Shown piece after piece: positions 26,909 through 39,378 of a DNA stretch of 64,000 bases (position 1 is its first letter; every line of letters starts with the position of its first letter). The notes under the pieces are model-generated. The model made no database searches and had not been told where the DNA came from. It saw only the letters and a program-made list of their open reading frames with translations. The stretch is from positions 17,273 to 81,272 of the IMG/VR virus record IMGVR_UViG_3300021963_005223; one strand, written 5' to 3'. This DNA is from a virus. The position numbers and the translations under genes are program-made.

Positions 26909-28735
26909 ATGACAACCGAATTAAGAAGAAGTAAGTTATCTTCATTAATTTCAGGACAACTCCCAGAGTTTGTCCGTGAAGATCATCAAACTTTCGTCGC
27001 ATTCTTAAAAGCATATTACACTTATCTGGATAATACTTCTCCAGATATTAAAGACTTAAGAGATTTAGACAAAACATTAAATTCTTTTATAGACCATTTT
27101 AGGAATGAGGTTGGTTTAAATTTACCAACACAGATTAATGCAAATCCTAGATTTTTATTACAACATATTAAAGATCAATACTTAGCTAAAGGTTCTGAGT
27201 CATCCTATAAGTTATTATTCAGACTTTTGTTTGATAAAGAAGTTTCTATTGATTATCCATCTAAACAAATATTTCGTGTTTCAGATGGTAAATGGAATCA
27301 AGACGTTTCTATTATTGCAAAAGTTACTTCAGGTCATCCAGATCAAGTTGTTGGAAAACTTATTGATGTTATTACACCAACCAAAATTATTCGTGTTCAA
27401 ATTGATAGAAGACAATATATTGAGATTGAAGTTGAACGTGTAGTACAAATTGCAGATGATATCTATGAATTTTACGTAGACCGAAGATTTTTCGGTGATG
27501 TTGGAATCGGCGATAGATTACGTTATAAAACTGGAGATATCTATTTTACCGCAGATATTCTTGCCACTACATCTAAATTAAAAGTATTAGTACCAGGAAC
27601 TGGTTTCAAAATAGGGCAGCTTTACCCGATTAGAAATAGTAAGGGTACTGGTTCTATTATGAAGATAACTAGAACTAATACGGAAGGTGGAATTTTAGAC
27701 GCAGAGTTTATTAAGTTCGGTACTGGCTATACAACAGATTTTACATCAACCATTTATGCTGACTTAGGACAGTCAGCAGCTGGAACTGGTGGAAGTTCTT
27801 TGCAGATAATCGGTGGTAATATTAGTATTACTGAAGCTACCGATGGATTCACTGAATCTGGATCAATCAATAAATCAGATTATGCTGTAGCCAATGCTAT
27901 CGATGGAACTTATGCTGGTGACATTCTACGTGAATTTGGATCTGCTGGTGGAGGAAATGAATTTTCTAGCCCTTACGATCCTGCAGTTATTAAAGTTACT
28001 CTTGGTGCATTGGCAAAATACCCAGGATACTATATTACCAACGATAGTTTCTTGAATGATGCAATTTTTATTCAAGACAGTCGCTTTTACCAACCATTTT
28101 CTTATGTTTTAAAGATAGATGAAAGTTTAGATTCATACAAATCTATCGTTAAAACATTACTGCACCCTGCAGGTATGGCTGTATTTGGTGAATATGAAAT
28201 TAAAAACGAGTTTGACATCGCCCTCACTCTTGAGGCGATGATTAAAAATCTATCAGTAACTATTCAAGATACTCAAAATATTGTAGATTTAGCTCCTAAT
28301 GTATTTTTAACCAAAGGGTTTACTGACGACTCGGTTTCTATTTCTGATCCTACAGTTTCTTTATTGACATGGAAACCTCTGGAAGATACACTGTCAGCAC
28401 CAACAGATAGTCAGACTTTGTTATTCGGAAAAGGTTTAACCGATACGCAATTTTTATCTGATAGTACAACCAATGACATTGGTAAATCGTTATTAGATTT
28501 GCCAATACTTATCGACTCTGCACCTACCTTTGCTATAACCAAAGGACTTATAGATACACCAGTAATAACTGAACTACCTTACTTTTCGGTGACTAAATAT
28601 ATTAATAACACTGGTTCTGGAGATGATATAACAACGCCAGTTGATTCTGGTGGTTTTATGATTTTAAACCCATATGCTGAAGCTGGTTGGTTTTTAGAAC
28701 AGTATGTTGGAATCCCAATTAACTTCTCAGGCTAA
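26909..28735 (+). CDS. gp7-like baseplate wedge protein
   Basis: QLPEFVREDH, KGSESSYKLLFRLLF, IQDSRFYQPFSYV, LLHPAGMAVFG. Confidence 0.75.
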   Translation: MTTELRRSKLSSLISGQLPEFVREDHQTFVAFLKAYYTYLDNTSPDIKDLRDLDKTLNSFIDHFRNEVGLNLPTQINANPRFLLQHIKDQYLAKGSESSYKLLFRLLFDKEVSIDYPSKQIFRVSDGKWNQDVSIIAKVTSGHPDQVVGKLIDVITPTKIIRVQIDRRQYIEIEVERVVQIADDIYEFYVDRRFFGDVGIGDRLRYKTGDIYFTADILATTSKLKVLVPGTGFKIGQLYPIRNSKGTGSIMKITRTNTEGGILDAEFIKFGTGYTTDFTSTIYADLGQSAAGTGGSSLQIIGGNISITEATDGFTESGSINKSDYAVANAIDGTYAGDILREFGSAGGGNEFSSPYDPAVIKVTLGALAKYPGYYITNDSFLNDAIFIQDSRFYQPFSYVLKIDESLDSYKSIVKTLLHPAGMAVFGEYEIKNEFDIALTLEAMIKNLSVTIQDTQNIVDLAPNVFLTKGFTDDSVSISDPTVSLLTWKPLEDTLSAPTDSQTLLFGKGLTDTQFLSDSTTNDIGKSLLDLPILIDSAPTFAITKGLIDTPVITELPYFSVTKYINNTGSGDDITTPVDSGGFMILNPYAEAGWFLEQYVGIPINFSG

Positions 28736-28756
28736 TAAATTTTATAGGAGATACAA

Positions 28757-29200
28757 ATGGACTTAAATGAAAATCTAAAAATGAAGGGTGAACTTACTAT
28801 CGTTCACAAAAATGCTGAAGGACAAATTAAAGATGTAATTAGCATTCCTAACTTGGTAGTTACAGCTGGTAAACAATACATTGCTTCACGCATGGTTGGT
28901 GCTTCTGCTACTGTTATGACTCACATGGCTATCGGTACTGGTACTACAACTCCAGCAGTTGGAGATAGTACATTAGGAACTGAAGCTGGACGTGTTTCTT
29001 TAGCATCTTTTTCCGCTAGTGGAACAAGCGTAACTGCAACTGCAACTTTCCCAGCAGGTACTGGTACTGGTGCTATTACTGAAGCAGGTATTTTAAATGC
29101 AGCTTCTGCTGGTACTATGCTTTGCCGTACTACATTCCCAGTTGTAAACAAAGCAGCTGGTGATAGCATTGCTATTACTTGGGTTATTACTGTAAGCTAA
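28757..29200 (+). CDS. Virion structural protein
   Basis: NLVVTAG, MAIGTG, ITEAGI pattern of tail/baseplate-associated proteins; AGGAG SD. Confidence 0.7.
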   Translation: MDLNENLKMKGELTIVHKNAEGQIKDVISIPNLVVTAGKQYIASRMVGASATVMTHMAIGTGTTTPAVGDSTLGTEAGRVSLASFSASGTSVTATATFPAGTGTGAITEAGILNAASAGTMLCRTTFPVVNKAAGDSIAITWVITVS

Positions 29201-29213
29201 TAAAACTAAAACC

Positions 29214-31781
29214 ATGCCATCTTCTTCTGCGCTACTAAAGTCGTCTTTACACAATTCAATTGCTAAAGGTCTCTATAATGAGATACAGAATCGCACAGCC
29301 AAATATTATTATTTTTTAGGTAAGACTCTGCAGTGGCCACAGGAATTATCGCCACCAACCCCAATTGATTCTCGTAAATATGATTTAGAATCACGTAATG
29401 AAATTATTACAATGAAAGAAATTCGTTCAACAGATGTAGCGTTTATTGTTGATCGAATTAACTGGCAATCTAATACCGTATATGATATGTATGATGATCA
29501 TTATTGTGATGAATTAGATGGTATTAATTTAATTTCTGGTGGTTATGGATATGCTGATCCTCCAACTGTTAATATTACAGGTGGTGGTGGAACAGGTGCT
29601 ACTGCTGTTTCATACATATCAAATGGTGTTGTAATAGCAATAGAATTAACAAACGCTGGTCGTGGATATGTAAGCACACCAACTGTTACATTAACTGGTG
29701 GTGGTGGCGAGGGATCACTTGCTACTGCTGTTCTTCCTATTTCTTTCTCTGGTAAGCAGAGAATGGAAGACTGCAATTTTTATGTTGTGACTGATGAATT
29801 CAACGTATACAAATGTTTAGATAACAATAACAACGCTGCTTCTACATACAAGCCAGTTGGTACTACTGTTGATCCAGTTACACTGCCAGATGGATATATG
29901 TGGAAATACATGTATAGTATTCCTATTGCTTTACGTAATAAGTTTCTGACAGAAGCATATATGCCAGTTGTCACTGCTATTCGCCCACAATTTTATTCTA
30001 GTGGAGCAATACAAACAGTTAAAGTAGACAAACGTGGTCAGAACTACACATATGCAAATATCTCTGTTTCTGGAGACGGATATAGAGAACTTGATCCATT
30101 GTTTATTATTGGAAGTAATGTATCCAATCAAGGTTCTGGTTATATATCAGCAACAGTAGATATTACTCCACCATTTACTTCTTCAACATGGACAGCTAGT
30201 ATTAATGTTCTACTTGGCCAAAAATATAAGTATGGTAATAATATCTATGAAGTAGTTTTACCTGGAACAACTGCAGCACCAGCACCAACACATGGTTCTG
30301 GAATAATATCAAATGGTACTGCTGCTTTAAAATATATCGGTACAGTTGCAAGAGCAACAGCAACGGTATCAGCAAATAAAGTGACTGCAATTAACCTTAT
30401 CGGCGCAGTTAGAGAAGTTGCACTTACAGATGGTGGTGTTGGTTATATAAATGCACCAGCTGTTTCTTTCTCTGGTGGAGCAGGATCTGGTGCAACTGCT
30501 TCTGTTATAATGACTGGCACTTCAGTAAGAACTGTAGTTATTTCCAATTCTGGAGATAATTATACTTCTACTCCATCAGTAACCCTTGGAACTTCTTGGA
30601 CTGCAGCAACAGCACTTACTTTACAGCAACAAGTTTATGTTGCTAATAGGCTATATACAGTAACAACTGCAGGAACAACAGGAGGTGTTGCTCCTACTCA
30701 TACAAGTGGTTCTGCTTCTAGCGGAACTGCAACACTAGCATATGCTGGTCGCCCTGCAACTGGTTCAGTTGTGTTAAGATATGGTACTGGTTACTCTAGT
30801 TTACCAACTGTTACTATTAGTTCAACAAGTGGAACTGGAGCAACTGCTTATCTTTCTGGTATAAAGTCAGAAGCAAAATTAATACCACTATTAAATAGTG
30901 GAGAATTAATTGGAGTTGAAATTGAAGATGGTGGTATTGGTTATACATACGCCAACTTAACAGTTACTGGTGATGGAACTAATGCAGAACTTTCTGCAGA
31001 TTTATCTCCAGGCGATGTAAGTACACTTCAGGCTAACACTGAGTTATTAACTGTTGATGGACGTATTATGTCTATTAAAGTTATATCAGGTGGATATGGT
31101 TATGCTGGTGCCACTATAACTATTACTGGCGATGGTACTGGCGCAGCTGCTGAAGCTATTACTGAAAATGGTAAAATTAAAAAAATCCGTATGACTAATT
31201 ATGGTCAAGGTTATCGCTGGGCACAAGTTACAATCAGTGGTTCTGGTTTTGGTGCAACTGCAAGAGCTATTATGACTGACTTTGGTGGTCACGGGAAAGA
31301 TTCTATCAATGGTTTATATGCTAGATCTTTAATGTTCTATTCAAATGTGTCTAGAGATAAAAATCAAGGATTTGACGTTAACAATGACTTCCGTCAAATT
31401 GGAATTATTAAAAACCCAAGAAAATATGGATCAACATATTCATTAGATTCTATTTTGGCATCAGCTTGTTTCGTTGTCAATGGGTCTATTAATACTAACA
31501 ATTTTGTAAAAGACCAGACCATTTACTTGTCGAATAATGGAGCTAGATTTAGAATAGTCAATTTAACTAGCAATTCTGCCTTAGTGCAAAGTTTAGACAA
31601 TGCAATACCAGTGGTTGGGTCAGTATTAACCAACGACGCATCACAAAATTTCACAGTTTCTGGATTGACTCTACCAACAGTAGATAAATATTCTGGTGAT
31701 CTGCTTTTCGTGGACAATAAACAAGCGTTTACTCCAACCGCAGACCAAACAGTAACTCTTAGAACTGTTATAAAATTCTAA
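29214..31781 (+). CDS. gp8-like baseplate wedge protein with repeat insertions
   Basis: [46 protein letters not shown]. Confidence 0.82.
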   Translation: MPSSSALLKSSLHNSIAKGLYNEIQNRTAKYYYFLGKTLQWPQELSPPTPIDSRKYDLESRNEIITMKEIRSTDVAFIVDRINWQSNTVYDMYDDHYCDELDGINLISGGYGYADPPTVNITGGGGTGATAVSYISNGVVIAIELTNAGRGYVSTPTVTLTGGGGEGSLATAVLPISFSGKQRMEDCNFYVVTDEFNVYKCLDNNNNAASTYKPVGTTVDPVTLPDGYMWKYMYSIPIALRNKFLTEAYMPVVTAIRPQFYSSGAIQTVKVDKRGQNYTYANISVSGDGYRELDPLFIIGSNVSNQGSGYISATVDITPPFTSSTWTASINVLLGQKYKYGNNIYEVVLPGTTAAPAPTHGSGIISNGTAALKYIGTVARATATVSANKVTAINLIGAVREVALTDGGVGYINAPAVSFSGGAGSGATASVIMTGTSVRTVVISNSGDNYTSTPSVTLGTSWTAATALTLQQQVYVANRLYTVTTAGTTGGVAPTHTSGSASSGTATLAYAGRPATGSVVLRYGTGYSSLPTVTISSTSGTGATAYLSGIKSEAKLIPLLNSGELIGVEIEDGGIGYTYANLTVTGDGTNAELSADLSPGDVSTLQANTELLTVDGRIMSIKVISGGYGYAGATITITGDGTGAAAEAITENGKIKKIRMTNYGQGYRWAQVTISGSGFGATARAIMTDFGGHGKDSINGLYARSLMFYSNVSRDKNQGFDVNNDFRQIGIIKNPRKYGSTYSLDSILASACFVVNGSINTNNFVKDQTIYLSNNGARFRIVNLTSNSALVQSLDNAIPVVGSVLTNDASQNFTVSGLTLPTVDKYSGDLLFVDNKQAFTPTADQTVTLRTVIKF

Positions 31782-31809
31782 CAATAGTAATTAACTAGAA
31801 GAGTAAAAG

Positions 31810-34800
31810 ATGATCGATTTCAATACCGAACCATATAATGACGATTACGACGAGAACAGTAAATTCTATAGAATTTTGTTCCGTCCAAGTTTCGCTCTAC
31901 AGGCTCGTGAATTAACACAATTACAATCTATCCTTCAGAAACAAATCCAGCGTCATGGAGATAATATCTTCAAACAAGGTTCAATGGTTCTGCCTGGACA
32001 AATATCGATTGATACTAATGCACAATATGTTAAATTGCAGCCATTATATAATGGCGTAGCTGTAGAAACATTTTTATCTAATCTTAAAGATAAAGTTATT
32101 GTTGGTTCAAATAGCAGCCTGACAGCAGAAGTTATCAAAGTTCAAAGTGCTGAGCAAACTGAGCCATCAACAATTTATGTTCGTTATAAAAATTCTGGAA
32201 GCAACAATACAACTAAAGTATTTGCTGCAGGAGAAGTAATTACAACAGAAGATACTCAATATTCTTTCCAAGCTATAGCAGATACCCCAACTGGAATGGG
32301 TTCAATTGTTTCCATTGAACGTGGTGTTTATTACGTTAATGGTTTCTTTGTTCTAGTTGGCGCACATTCTATTATTCTTGACAAATATAGCAACACACCA
32401 TCATATCGTGTTGGATTGAATGTAGAAGAAAAAATTGTTACTCCTGAAGAAGATGCAACTTTATTGGATAATGCCCAAAATAGTTTCAACTATGCTGCTC
32501 CAGGTTCTCATCGTTATTATATCGATTTAACTCTAAAGAAAGTTTCTTTAGAGTCAGCTTCTGACGCCAACTTTATTGAATTGCTACGTGTTGAAAATGG
32601 TGTCAATAAAAAGATTACTACTAAGACAGAATATTCTGTTTTAGAACAAACACTGGCTCGTCGCACTTATGATGAGTCTGGTGATTATACTGTAAGAAAC
32701 TTCAATATTGATATTCGTGAACATCGCACAAATAATCGTGGCGCATGGATACAAAATACTGCATTCTTAATCGGCGACGTTGTCACTAATGCTGGTAAAA
32801 CATATGTAGCTAAAAATAGTGGAACTTCTGTTACAACTGCTCCAGTACATACTACTGGTACCGCATATGATGGTCCAGGATCTACTGGTATTCAATGGGA
32901 ATATACAACAACACCAGTTTACAATCGTGGCATCTACAAAAATGGTGATGAGTCTAAACTTGCTATCGGTTTAGAGCCAGGAAAAGCATATGTTCGTGGA
33001 TATGAGATTGAAAAGATCGCCACAGAATATGTTGCTATTAACAAATCTCGTGAATATTCTCAGGCAGATAATGCTTTTATTTCTGCAGAAATAGGTAATT
33101 ATGTTGTAGTCAACAATCTATGTAAGATTCCTCCAATCGGAACTAATGCTGTAGTTAATCTGAGAGATCAATTAACTGCAACACGTGGAACTGAAGCAGG
33201 ATCTATCATTGGTACTGCACGTGTTCGTGGTATAGAATGGGACAATGGATCAATTGGATCTACTACAGCATCATATAAGTTATTTTTGTATGATATCAAT
33301 ATGGCCAGTGGTAAACAGTTCTCTAGAAACGTTAAATCGTTTGGATTGACTTCAACAGGATTTACTGCTGATGTTAACCCAATCACTACACCATTAATTG
33401 GTTCTGTTACTGCTGCTGGAACAACTGTTACTGGTAATGGAACTTCTTTTTTAACAGATTTAATTGTTGGTGACTATATTTACGTTAACAACGCATCATA
33501 TAGAATTACTGCAATCGCTTCTCAAGTTTCATTAACAATATCTGCTTCTCTAACTGCAACAAACGCAGCATATAGTTTAGTCAAAACTAACGTGTTAGCA
33601 ACTAATCTAGAGAAGTCTTTATTCAGTTTACCATATAGCACAGTTCGTTCTTTAAGAAGTGCATTATCAACGAATGATACTTCTTACACAGTTTCAGCAT
33701 TATACAGCGAAACTGTAGCTTCAGGTAATATTAACTTGAATGCTGCAGCAGGAACTTTTGCTTCTGGTTCTGTCACTGGAAACTTTATTGTGACTAGAAA
33801 TGATAATGGTGATATTATTCCTATTAACAGTGTAACAGTAACAGGAAGTTCTGCCACTATTAACGTTGGCACATTATATAATGGTGTTACTTGTACTATT
33901 GTTGGAACATTAAACAAAACTGGTTCTAGTTCTACAGAGAAAACTAAAACACACGTTACTGGTGCGACTAAAACATTTACAACTTTAACAACAGTTTCTC
34001 CAACAACATTATCTTTAGGTAAAGCTGACTGCTGGAAGATTAACAGCGTTAAAATGGATTCTGGTTCTTTTGCATCCCCAACAGGTTCTTATACTATCGA
34101 TATTTCTGATCGTTATGAATTTGATAATGGTCAAAGATCAACCCATTATGATCTTGGTAGAATTGTATTAAAAGATACATACGCTCCACCATCTGCACCT
34201 ATACAAGTAACTTTTGAATATTTTACTCATTCAGTTGGAGATTATTGCAGCGTTAATTCATATCCTGCAACTATTTCATATTCAGAAATTCCAGCAGAAT
34301 TAAGAGATGGTTTAGACTTCCGTCCAAGAATTGATGACGATGGCATTAACTTCAGCACGGTAACTCAATTACCAAGACGTGGTTCTAACATAACTACAGA
34401 CTTTACTTATTATTTGTCCAGAAAAGAAAAAATTGCTGTTGACATAAATGGTAATTTCTTTAATATTTCTGGAACATCATCTATTAATCCAGGTGATGCT
34501 GAAGATTCTTCAACAGGAATGATTCTTTACAAACTAACTCTTTCTCCTTATACTTTTGATACTACAAGCAACAATATTAAAATTGAATCTGTTGATAATA
34601 GACGTTATACAATGCGCGACATCGGTAAATTAGAAAAGCGTATTGATAACTTAGAATATTACACTTCACTTTCGTTACTAGAACAACAAACTGAGTCTTT
34701 AAAAATAACAGACTCTACTGGTCTAGACAGAATGAAGAATGGATTTATAGTTGATAACTTTACAGGTCACGGTATCGGCGCAGCTGATTCTGTAGACTAT

Positions 34801-37800
34801 CGTTGTTCAGTTGATATGAACAAAGGTGAGCTACGCCCATTCTATACAATGAAAAACGTCAATTTAATTGAAAAGGCATCTACTAATGCTGCTCGTTCAG
34901 CAGCAAAATATTCACAATATGGAGATGTTATAACTCTTCCAATCTTAGAGAATGTTCCGTTAATTAAACAACAGTTTGCTTCTCGTTTAGAAAACATCAA
35001 TCCATTTGCAGTATTCACTTTCCTTGGTGATGTTAAACTAAATCCTCAAACTGATGACTGGTTTGAAACTGAACGTCGTCCAGATATTATCAATAATATA
35101 GAAGGTAATTTTACAACAATCAATACTCTTGCTGAAAAAGCTGGAGCATTGGGTACTGTTTGGAATGCTTGGCAAACTCAATGGACTGGTCAACAAGTTA
35201 GTGGAACATTTGGTTTTGCAAACGCAAATTCTGGTTCAGTTAATTTCGGTGGAGTATTTGGAACTGTTAGCGCAAACTTTGGTAGCAGAGGTGGTGGTGC
35301 ACGTCGTTGGGTTACGGCAGAACTAACAGCCACTCAAGTTGGTCAAACACGATCAGGTATCAAAACTGATATTGTAGCAAAAATTGATAAACAAATTGTT
35401 GCCGATCGTGTATTATCAACAGCTGTTATTCCATATATTCGTTCTAGAAATGTTTTAGTTCAAGTTCGTGGTTTAAAACCATTAACACGTTTCTACCCAT
35501 ATTTTGATGATGTAGATATGTCTGCGTATTGCACGCCAGCATCCAAAATTACTTATACATCAACTAGCGGAACATTTGATGCTACAACAAACGTAGGTGG
35601 TATCGCTACTGAAGAAGCACGACGCATTAATGGCGATTCTCAAGTTTGTTTGAATCGTGGTGATTATATTAGAGGTGTTACAAGTAATGCTACTGCTGTT
35701 GTAATTGGAACTGAAACGGATTATGACACTAATACTAAATCTTTATTTGTTGTAAACATAAAGGGAACATTCCAGAATAATGAACAAATTACTGGTTCTG
35801 TTTCTAATGCAGTTGGAGTTATTAACTCCATCACTGTAAATGCAACAGGTGGAAATCTTGTAACTAATAAGAGTGGCGATGTTAATCTACTATTCTTTAT
35901 TCCAAATACAGACTCAGTTCGTTTCCGCACTGGCTCACGTGAGTTTAAACTTGTAGATAGCTCTACTGCAAATGGCGCATTTACTTCTCGTGGTCGTGCT
36001 CAATATAGAGCAGAGGGTATCGTTGAAACTAAACAAGCAACTGTAAATGCAGTACGTAATGCTGAGTTGGTTCAGAACGTAGTCGAAGATAGCAGAACTA
36101 TTATTGAGACATCTTCACGTGTTCTATCAGACACAGGTTGGTATGACCCTCTTGCACAAACATTCTTGATCGACAACAAAGGTGGTGCATTTTTAACTAA
36201 GGTCGACATTTTCTTTGCAAGTAAAGATACTGCTATTCCTGTCACTTTGGAAATTCGTGAAGTTATAAACGGATATCCAGGTAAGCGTGTTTTACCATTC
36301 TCACGTGTAACTCTACGTCCAGAGCAAGTAAACATTTCAACTAACACAGTTGATTTAGATGGAGTAGCAACTCCTACATTTGATACTCCAACATCGTTTG
36401 TGTTTCAATCTCCTGTTTATGTTCAGGATGCATCTGAATATTGTATCGTTTTAATTTCAGATTCTAACAAATATAAATGTTGGATTTCTCAGTTGGGTGA
36501 TACTGTCCCAGGAACAAGCAGAACTATTTCTGAACAACCATATCTTGGATCGCTATTTAAATCTCAGAATGCTTCAACATGGACAGCAGATCAAACTCAA
36601 GATTTAATGTTTACAATATACAAAGCTAAATTTGATATATCTGGAGTTGGAACAGTTCAGTTTGTTAATGATGTTCTTCCTTATACCACATTAGATACAG
36701 ATCCATTCCAAATGACTGCTGGATCTAATATTATTCGTGTATGGCAAAATAATCATGGTTTAACAGATGGTTCTAAAGTAACTATCTCTGGTGTTTCTGG
36801 AACATTAAATGGTATACCTGCTGCAGAATTAAATGGAACATGGTTTATAAGTAATATTGACGTTGATTCTTATACAATTACTACAACAACCACAGCAACT
36901 AAGACTGGCTATTATGGTGGAACTACAGTAAGAGCTACTGGACAGGTTCAATATGATTCAGTTATGCCAGTTGCTCAAGTTCAAAATTTCTCAGAAACTT
37001 CTACAACATATTCATTGAAAACTACATCTGGAAGATCAGTTGATGGTTCTGAAACTCCATATGTTCAGGATATTTCTTTCGGTGCTTGTTTAGTTAATGA
37101 GAATAACTATTTTTATAGCCCACGTTTAGTTTCTTCTGAAATAAACGAAAATACATTTACTGGTGGCAATAAATCAGTGACTTTTGCTATAAACTTATCT
37201 TCAACTAATAATTCTTTATCGCCAGTTTTAGATACACAGCGTATGAGTTTGATTGCTATTTCCAATAGAATTAACTCTCCTTCTCATACCAATACCAATG
37301 TAACTCCAACTGACTATACTCAGTTATTTACTGGCGCAACGGGAGCATTTAGCTTCTCTGGCTCTACAATAACTTCCACTGTTTCTGCAGTTAGAAATTT
37401 AATGCAGACTATCGGTATTGGTCAATTTATTAGAGTAGAGGGAACTACAACTGCTGGAAACGCTGGAACTTATCTTGTAACTGATGTCATCGACAATGGA
37501 AGTAATTGCACGATTACTGTTTCTGGAGTAACATTTACTTCTGAAAATGCGGTTACTGGAACTATAGTTTCTACAGTTAACCTGTTTACAGACGAGATTG
37601 CTCCAGTAGGATCTTCAACGATTTCCAAGTATGTTTCCAAGACTATTAAATTGGCTCTTCCATCTACATTCATGAAGATCAGGTATTCAGCCAATATTCC
37701 AAACCAGTCTGACGTTTTAGTTTATTATAAGACTATTTTGGGGTCTTCGGGTAATATAGATAAGACTAAATATACTTTAGCAACCCCTATTTCAACACCA

Positions 37801-37959
37801 ACTAAAGTTGAAAATGGAAATGAAAGATTCTATGATGTGGACTACTCTTTAAATAATTTGAATCCATTCGATACTGTTCAGGTCAAGTTAGTTATGAAGT
37901 CTACTAATACATCTGCAGTTCCAAGAATTAAAGATTTAAGAATTATTGCATGCGCATAA
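31810..37959 (+). CDS. Large virion structural protein (DUF4815/VrlC-like)
   Basis: PYNDDYD...RILFRP...QARELTQLQ, LARRTYDESGDY, YTMRDIGKLEKRI, DPLAQTF, PRIKDLRIIA. Confidence 0.8.
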   Translation: MIDFNTEPYNDDYDENSKFYRILFRPSFALQARELTQLQSILQKQIQRHGDNIFKQGSMVLPGQISIDTNAQYVKLQPLYNGVAVETFLSNLKDKVIVGSNSSLTAEVIKVQSAEQTEPSTIYVRYKNSGSNNTTKVFAAGEVITTEDTQYSFQAIADTPTGMGSIVSIERGVYYVNGFFVLVGAHSIILDKYSNTPSYRVGLNVEEKIVTPEEDATLLDNAQNSFNYAAPGSHRYYIDLTLKKVSLESASDANFIELLRVENGVNKKITTKTEYSVLEQTLARRTYDESGDYTVRNFNIDIREHRTNNRGAWIQNTAFLIGDVVTNAGKTYVAKNSGTSVTTAPVHTTGTAYDGPGSTGIQWEYTTTPVYNRGIYKNGDESKLAIGLEPGKAYVRGYEIEKIATEYVAINKSREYSQADNAFISAEIGNYVVVNNLCKIPPIGTNAVVNLRDQLTATRGTEAGSIIGTARVRGIEWDNGSIGSTTASYKLFLYDINMASGKQFSRNVKSFGLTSTGFTADVNPITTPLIGSVTAAGTTVTGNGTSFLTDLIVGDYIYVNNASYRITAIASQVSLTISASLTATNAAYSLVKTNVLATNLEKSLFSLPYSTVRSLRSALSTNDTSYTVSALYSETVASGNINLNAAAGTFASGSVTGNFIVTRNDNGDIIPINSVTVTGSSATINVGTLYNGVTCTIVGTLNKTGSSSTEKTKTHVTGATKTFTTLTTVSPTTLSLGKADCWKINSVKMDSGSFASPTGSYTIDISDRYEFDNGQRSTHYDLGRIVLKDTYAPPSAPIQVTFEYFTHSVGDYCSVNSYPATISYSEIPAELRDGLDFRPRIDDDGINFSTVTQLPRRGSNITTDFTYYLSRKEKIAVDINGNFFNISGTSSINPGDAEDSSTGMILYKLTLSPYTFDTTSNNIKIESVDNRRYTMRDIGKLEKRIDNLEYYTSLSLLEQQTESLKITDSTGLDRMKNGFIVDNFTGHGIGAADSVDYRCSVDMNKGELRPFYTMKNVNLIEKASTNAARSAAKYSQYGDVITLPILENVPLIKQQFASRLENINPFAVFTFLGDVKLNPQTDDWFETERRPDIINNIEGNFTTINTLAEKAGALGTVWNAWQTQWTGQQVSGTFGFANANSGSVNFGGVFGTVSANFGSRGGGARRWVTAELTATQVGQTRSGIKTDIVAKIDKQIVADRVLSTAVIPYIRSRNVLVQVRGLKPLTRFYPYFDDVDMSAYCTPASKITYTSTSGTFDATTNVGGIATEEARRINGDSQVCLNRGDYIRGVTSNATAVVIGTETDYDTNTKSLFVVNIKGTFQNNEQITGSVSNAVGVINSITVNATGGNLVTNKSGDVNLLFFIPNTDSVRFRTGSREFKLVDSSTANGAFTSRGRAQYRAEGIVETKQATVNAVRNAELVQNVVEDSRTIIETSSRVLSDTGWYDPLAQTFLIDNKGGAFLTKVDIFFASKDTAIPVTLEIREVINGYPGKRVLPFSRVTLRPEQVNISTNTVDLDGVATPTFDTPTSFVFQSPVYVQDASEYCIVLISDSNKYKCWISQLGDTVPGTSRTISEQPYLGSLFKSQNASTWTADQTQDLMFTIYKAKFDISGVGTVQFVNDVLPYTTLDTDPFQMTAGSNIIRVWQNNHGLTDGSKVTISGVSGTLNGIPAAELNGTWFISNIDVDSYTITTTTTATKTGYYGGTTVRATGQVQYDSVMPVAQVQNFSETSTTYSLKTTSGRSVDGSETPYVQDISFGACLVNENNYFYSPRLVSSEINENTFTGGNKSVTFAINLSSTNNSLSPVLDTQRMSLIAISNRINSPSHTNTNVTPTDYTQLFTGATGAFSFSGSTITSTVSAVRNLMQTIGIGQFIRVEGTTTAGNAGTYLVTDVIDNGSNCTITVSGVTFTSENAVTGTIVSTVNLFTDEIAPVGSSTISKYVSKTIKLALPSTFMKIRYSANIPNQSDVLVYYKTILGSSGNIDKTKYTLATPISTPTKVENGNERFYDVDYSLNNLNPFDTVQVKLVMKSTNTSAVPRIKDLRIIACA

Positions 37960-37960
37960 A

Positions 37961-38188
37961 ATGGAACAATATCTAAAGGTATCTGGTCACGACAATCTAG
38001 TCAGAGACATGTCTTCCAAGGCAGTCATAAATACTAGTATGTCCGAATATGAAGAATATATGGCACTTCGTAAAGCAAAAGAACAAGAACAACAACTTAT
38101 TGCAAACCAGACTGAAGAAATAAATAATCTAAAGTCAGATATATCTGAGATTAAGCAGATGTTACAAATGCTTATTAAAGATCGCTGA
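37961..38188 (+). CDS. Small coiled-coil protein
   Basis: KVSGHDNLVRDMSSKAVIN...EINNLKSDISEIKQML; common after the large structural gene. Confidence 0.7.
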   Translation: MEQYLKVSGHDNLVRDMSSKAVINTSMSEYEEYMALRKAKEQEQQLIANQTEEINNLKSDISEIKQMLQMLIKDR

Positions 38189-38204
38189 AAAATAAGGGAA
38201 AATA

Positions 38205-39377
38205 ATGGCGACACTCGTTTTAAGACAAACTAAGGGACTACCCCTTACCAACGCTGAAGTTGATGGGAACTTTACCAACTTAAATGATGAGTTGGCGACC
38301 AAACTTCCTTCCACCTCATACACTGCAGCTGACGTTTTAACAAAAATTAAGACTGTAGATGGAACAGGTTCTGGTTTAGACGCAGACCTTTTAGATGGTC
38401 TAAGCACTAGTTCAACCTTACCAGGAATTGTGGATAAAAGTTCTGTTGTGACTCGAGACACATCTGGTAATACTGCCCTAAACCAATTATCGCTTACTGG
38501 TGCATTATCTGGTACAACTGCTACATTTAGTGGTGGTGTTTCAGTTGGCTCAATCACTATAGCAGGTGGATCCATTCCAGTTTCTGCTGGTGGTACAGGA
38601 GCTACAACTGCTCAGAATGCAAGAATAAATTTAGGTTTGGTTTTAGATACAGACGTTCAAGCGTATAATTCAAATTTACAAGCATTATCTGCTGCTTCAC
38701 CAGCAGCAGATAGATTACCATATTATACTGGTGCTTCCACTGCAGCTTTAGCAACTTTCACTTCTTTCGGAAGAACTTTAGTTGCTTCTACTGACGTTTT
38801 TGCTGCAAGAACTAATCTTGGTTTAGTTTTGGGTACTGACGTACAACCTTTCTCAGCTGAACTTTCTTCTGTAGCTGGTTTGTCGACTACTGGTATAATT
38901 ATCAGAACTGGTGCTGGAACCAAAGCAACAAGAACTATTACAGGAACAGCTGGAGAAGTTGTTGTAAGTAATGGTGATGGTGTAGCTGGAAACCCAACAT
39001 TAAGTCTTGGTACAGGTATTGCAAAATTATCTGCAAATAACACCTTCGCTGGAACTAACACTTTCCAAGTAATTTATGCAACTGAAGTTAATACAACCTC
39101 AGACGAAAGACTGAAAGAGAACATCCAAACGCTAAATAATGCTGTGGATATTGTTAATAGTTTGCGTGGCGTAGCCTATATTAAGGGTGGCAAAGCAGAA
39201 CTTGGTTTGATAGCTCAAGAAGTTGAACAGGTTATCCCTCAAGTTGTTGGGACAGATATGTCTGGTTATAAAACCATCGCCTATGGAAATATGGTTAGTA
39301 TATTGGTCGAAGCTATCAAAGAACAACAAAAAACAATTAGAGAATTAACTACTCGTTTAGAGAAACTGGAGAAATAA
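38205..39377 (+). CDS. Tail fibre with C-terminal intramolecular chaperone (peptidase S74)
   Basis: [55 protein letters not shown]. Confidence 0.85.
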   Translation: MATLVLRQTKGLPLTNAEVDGNFTNLNDELATKLPSTSYTAADVLTKIKTVDGTGSGLDADLLDGLSTSSTLPGIVDKSSVVTRDTSGNTALNQLSLTGALSGTTATFSGGVSVGSITIAGGSIPVSAGGTGATTAQNARINLGLVLDTDVQAYNSNLQALSAASPAADRLPYYTGASTAALATFTSFGRTLVASTDVFAARTNLGLVLGTDVQPFSAELSSVAGLSTTGIIIRTGAGTKATRTITGTAGEVVVSNGDGVAGNPTLSLGTGIAKLSANNTFAGTNTFQVIYATEVNTTSDERLKENIQTLNNAVDIVNSLRGVAYIKGGKAELGLIAQEVEQVIPQVVGTDMSGYKTIAYGNMVSILVEAIKEQQKTIRELTTRLEKLEK

Positions 39378-39378
39378 T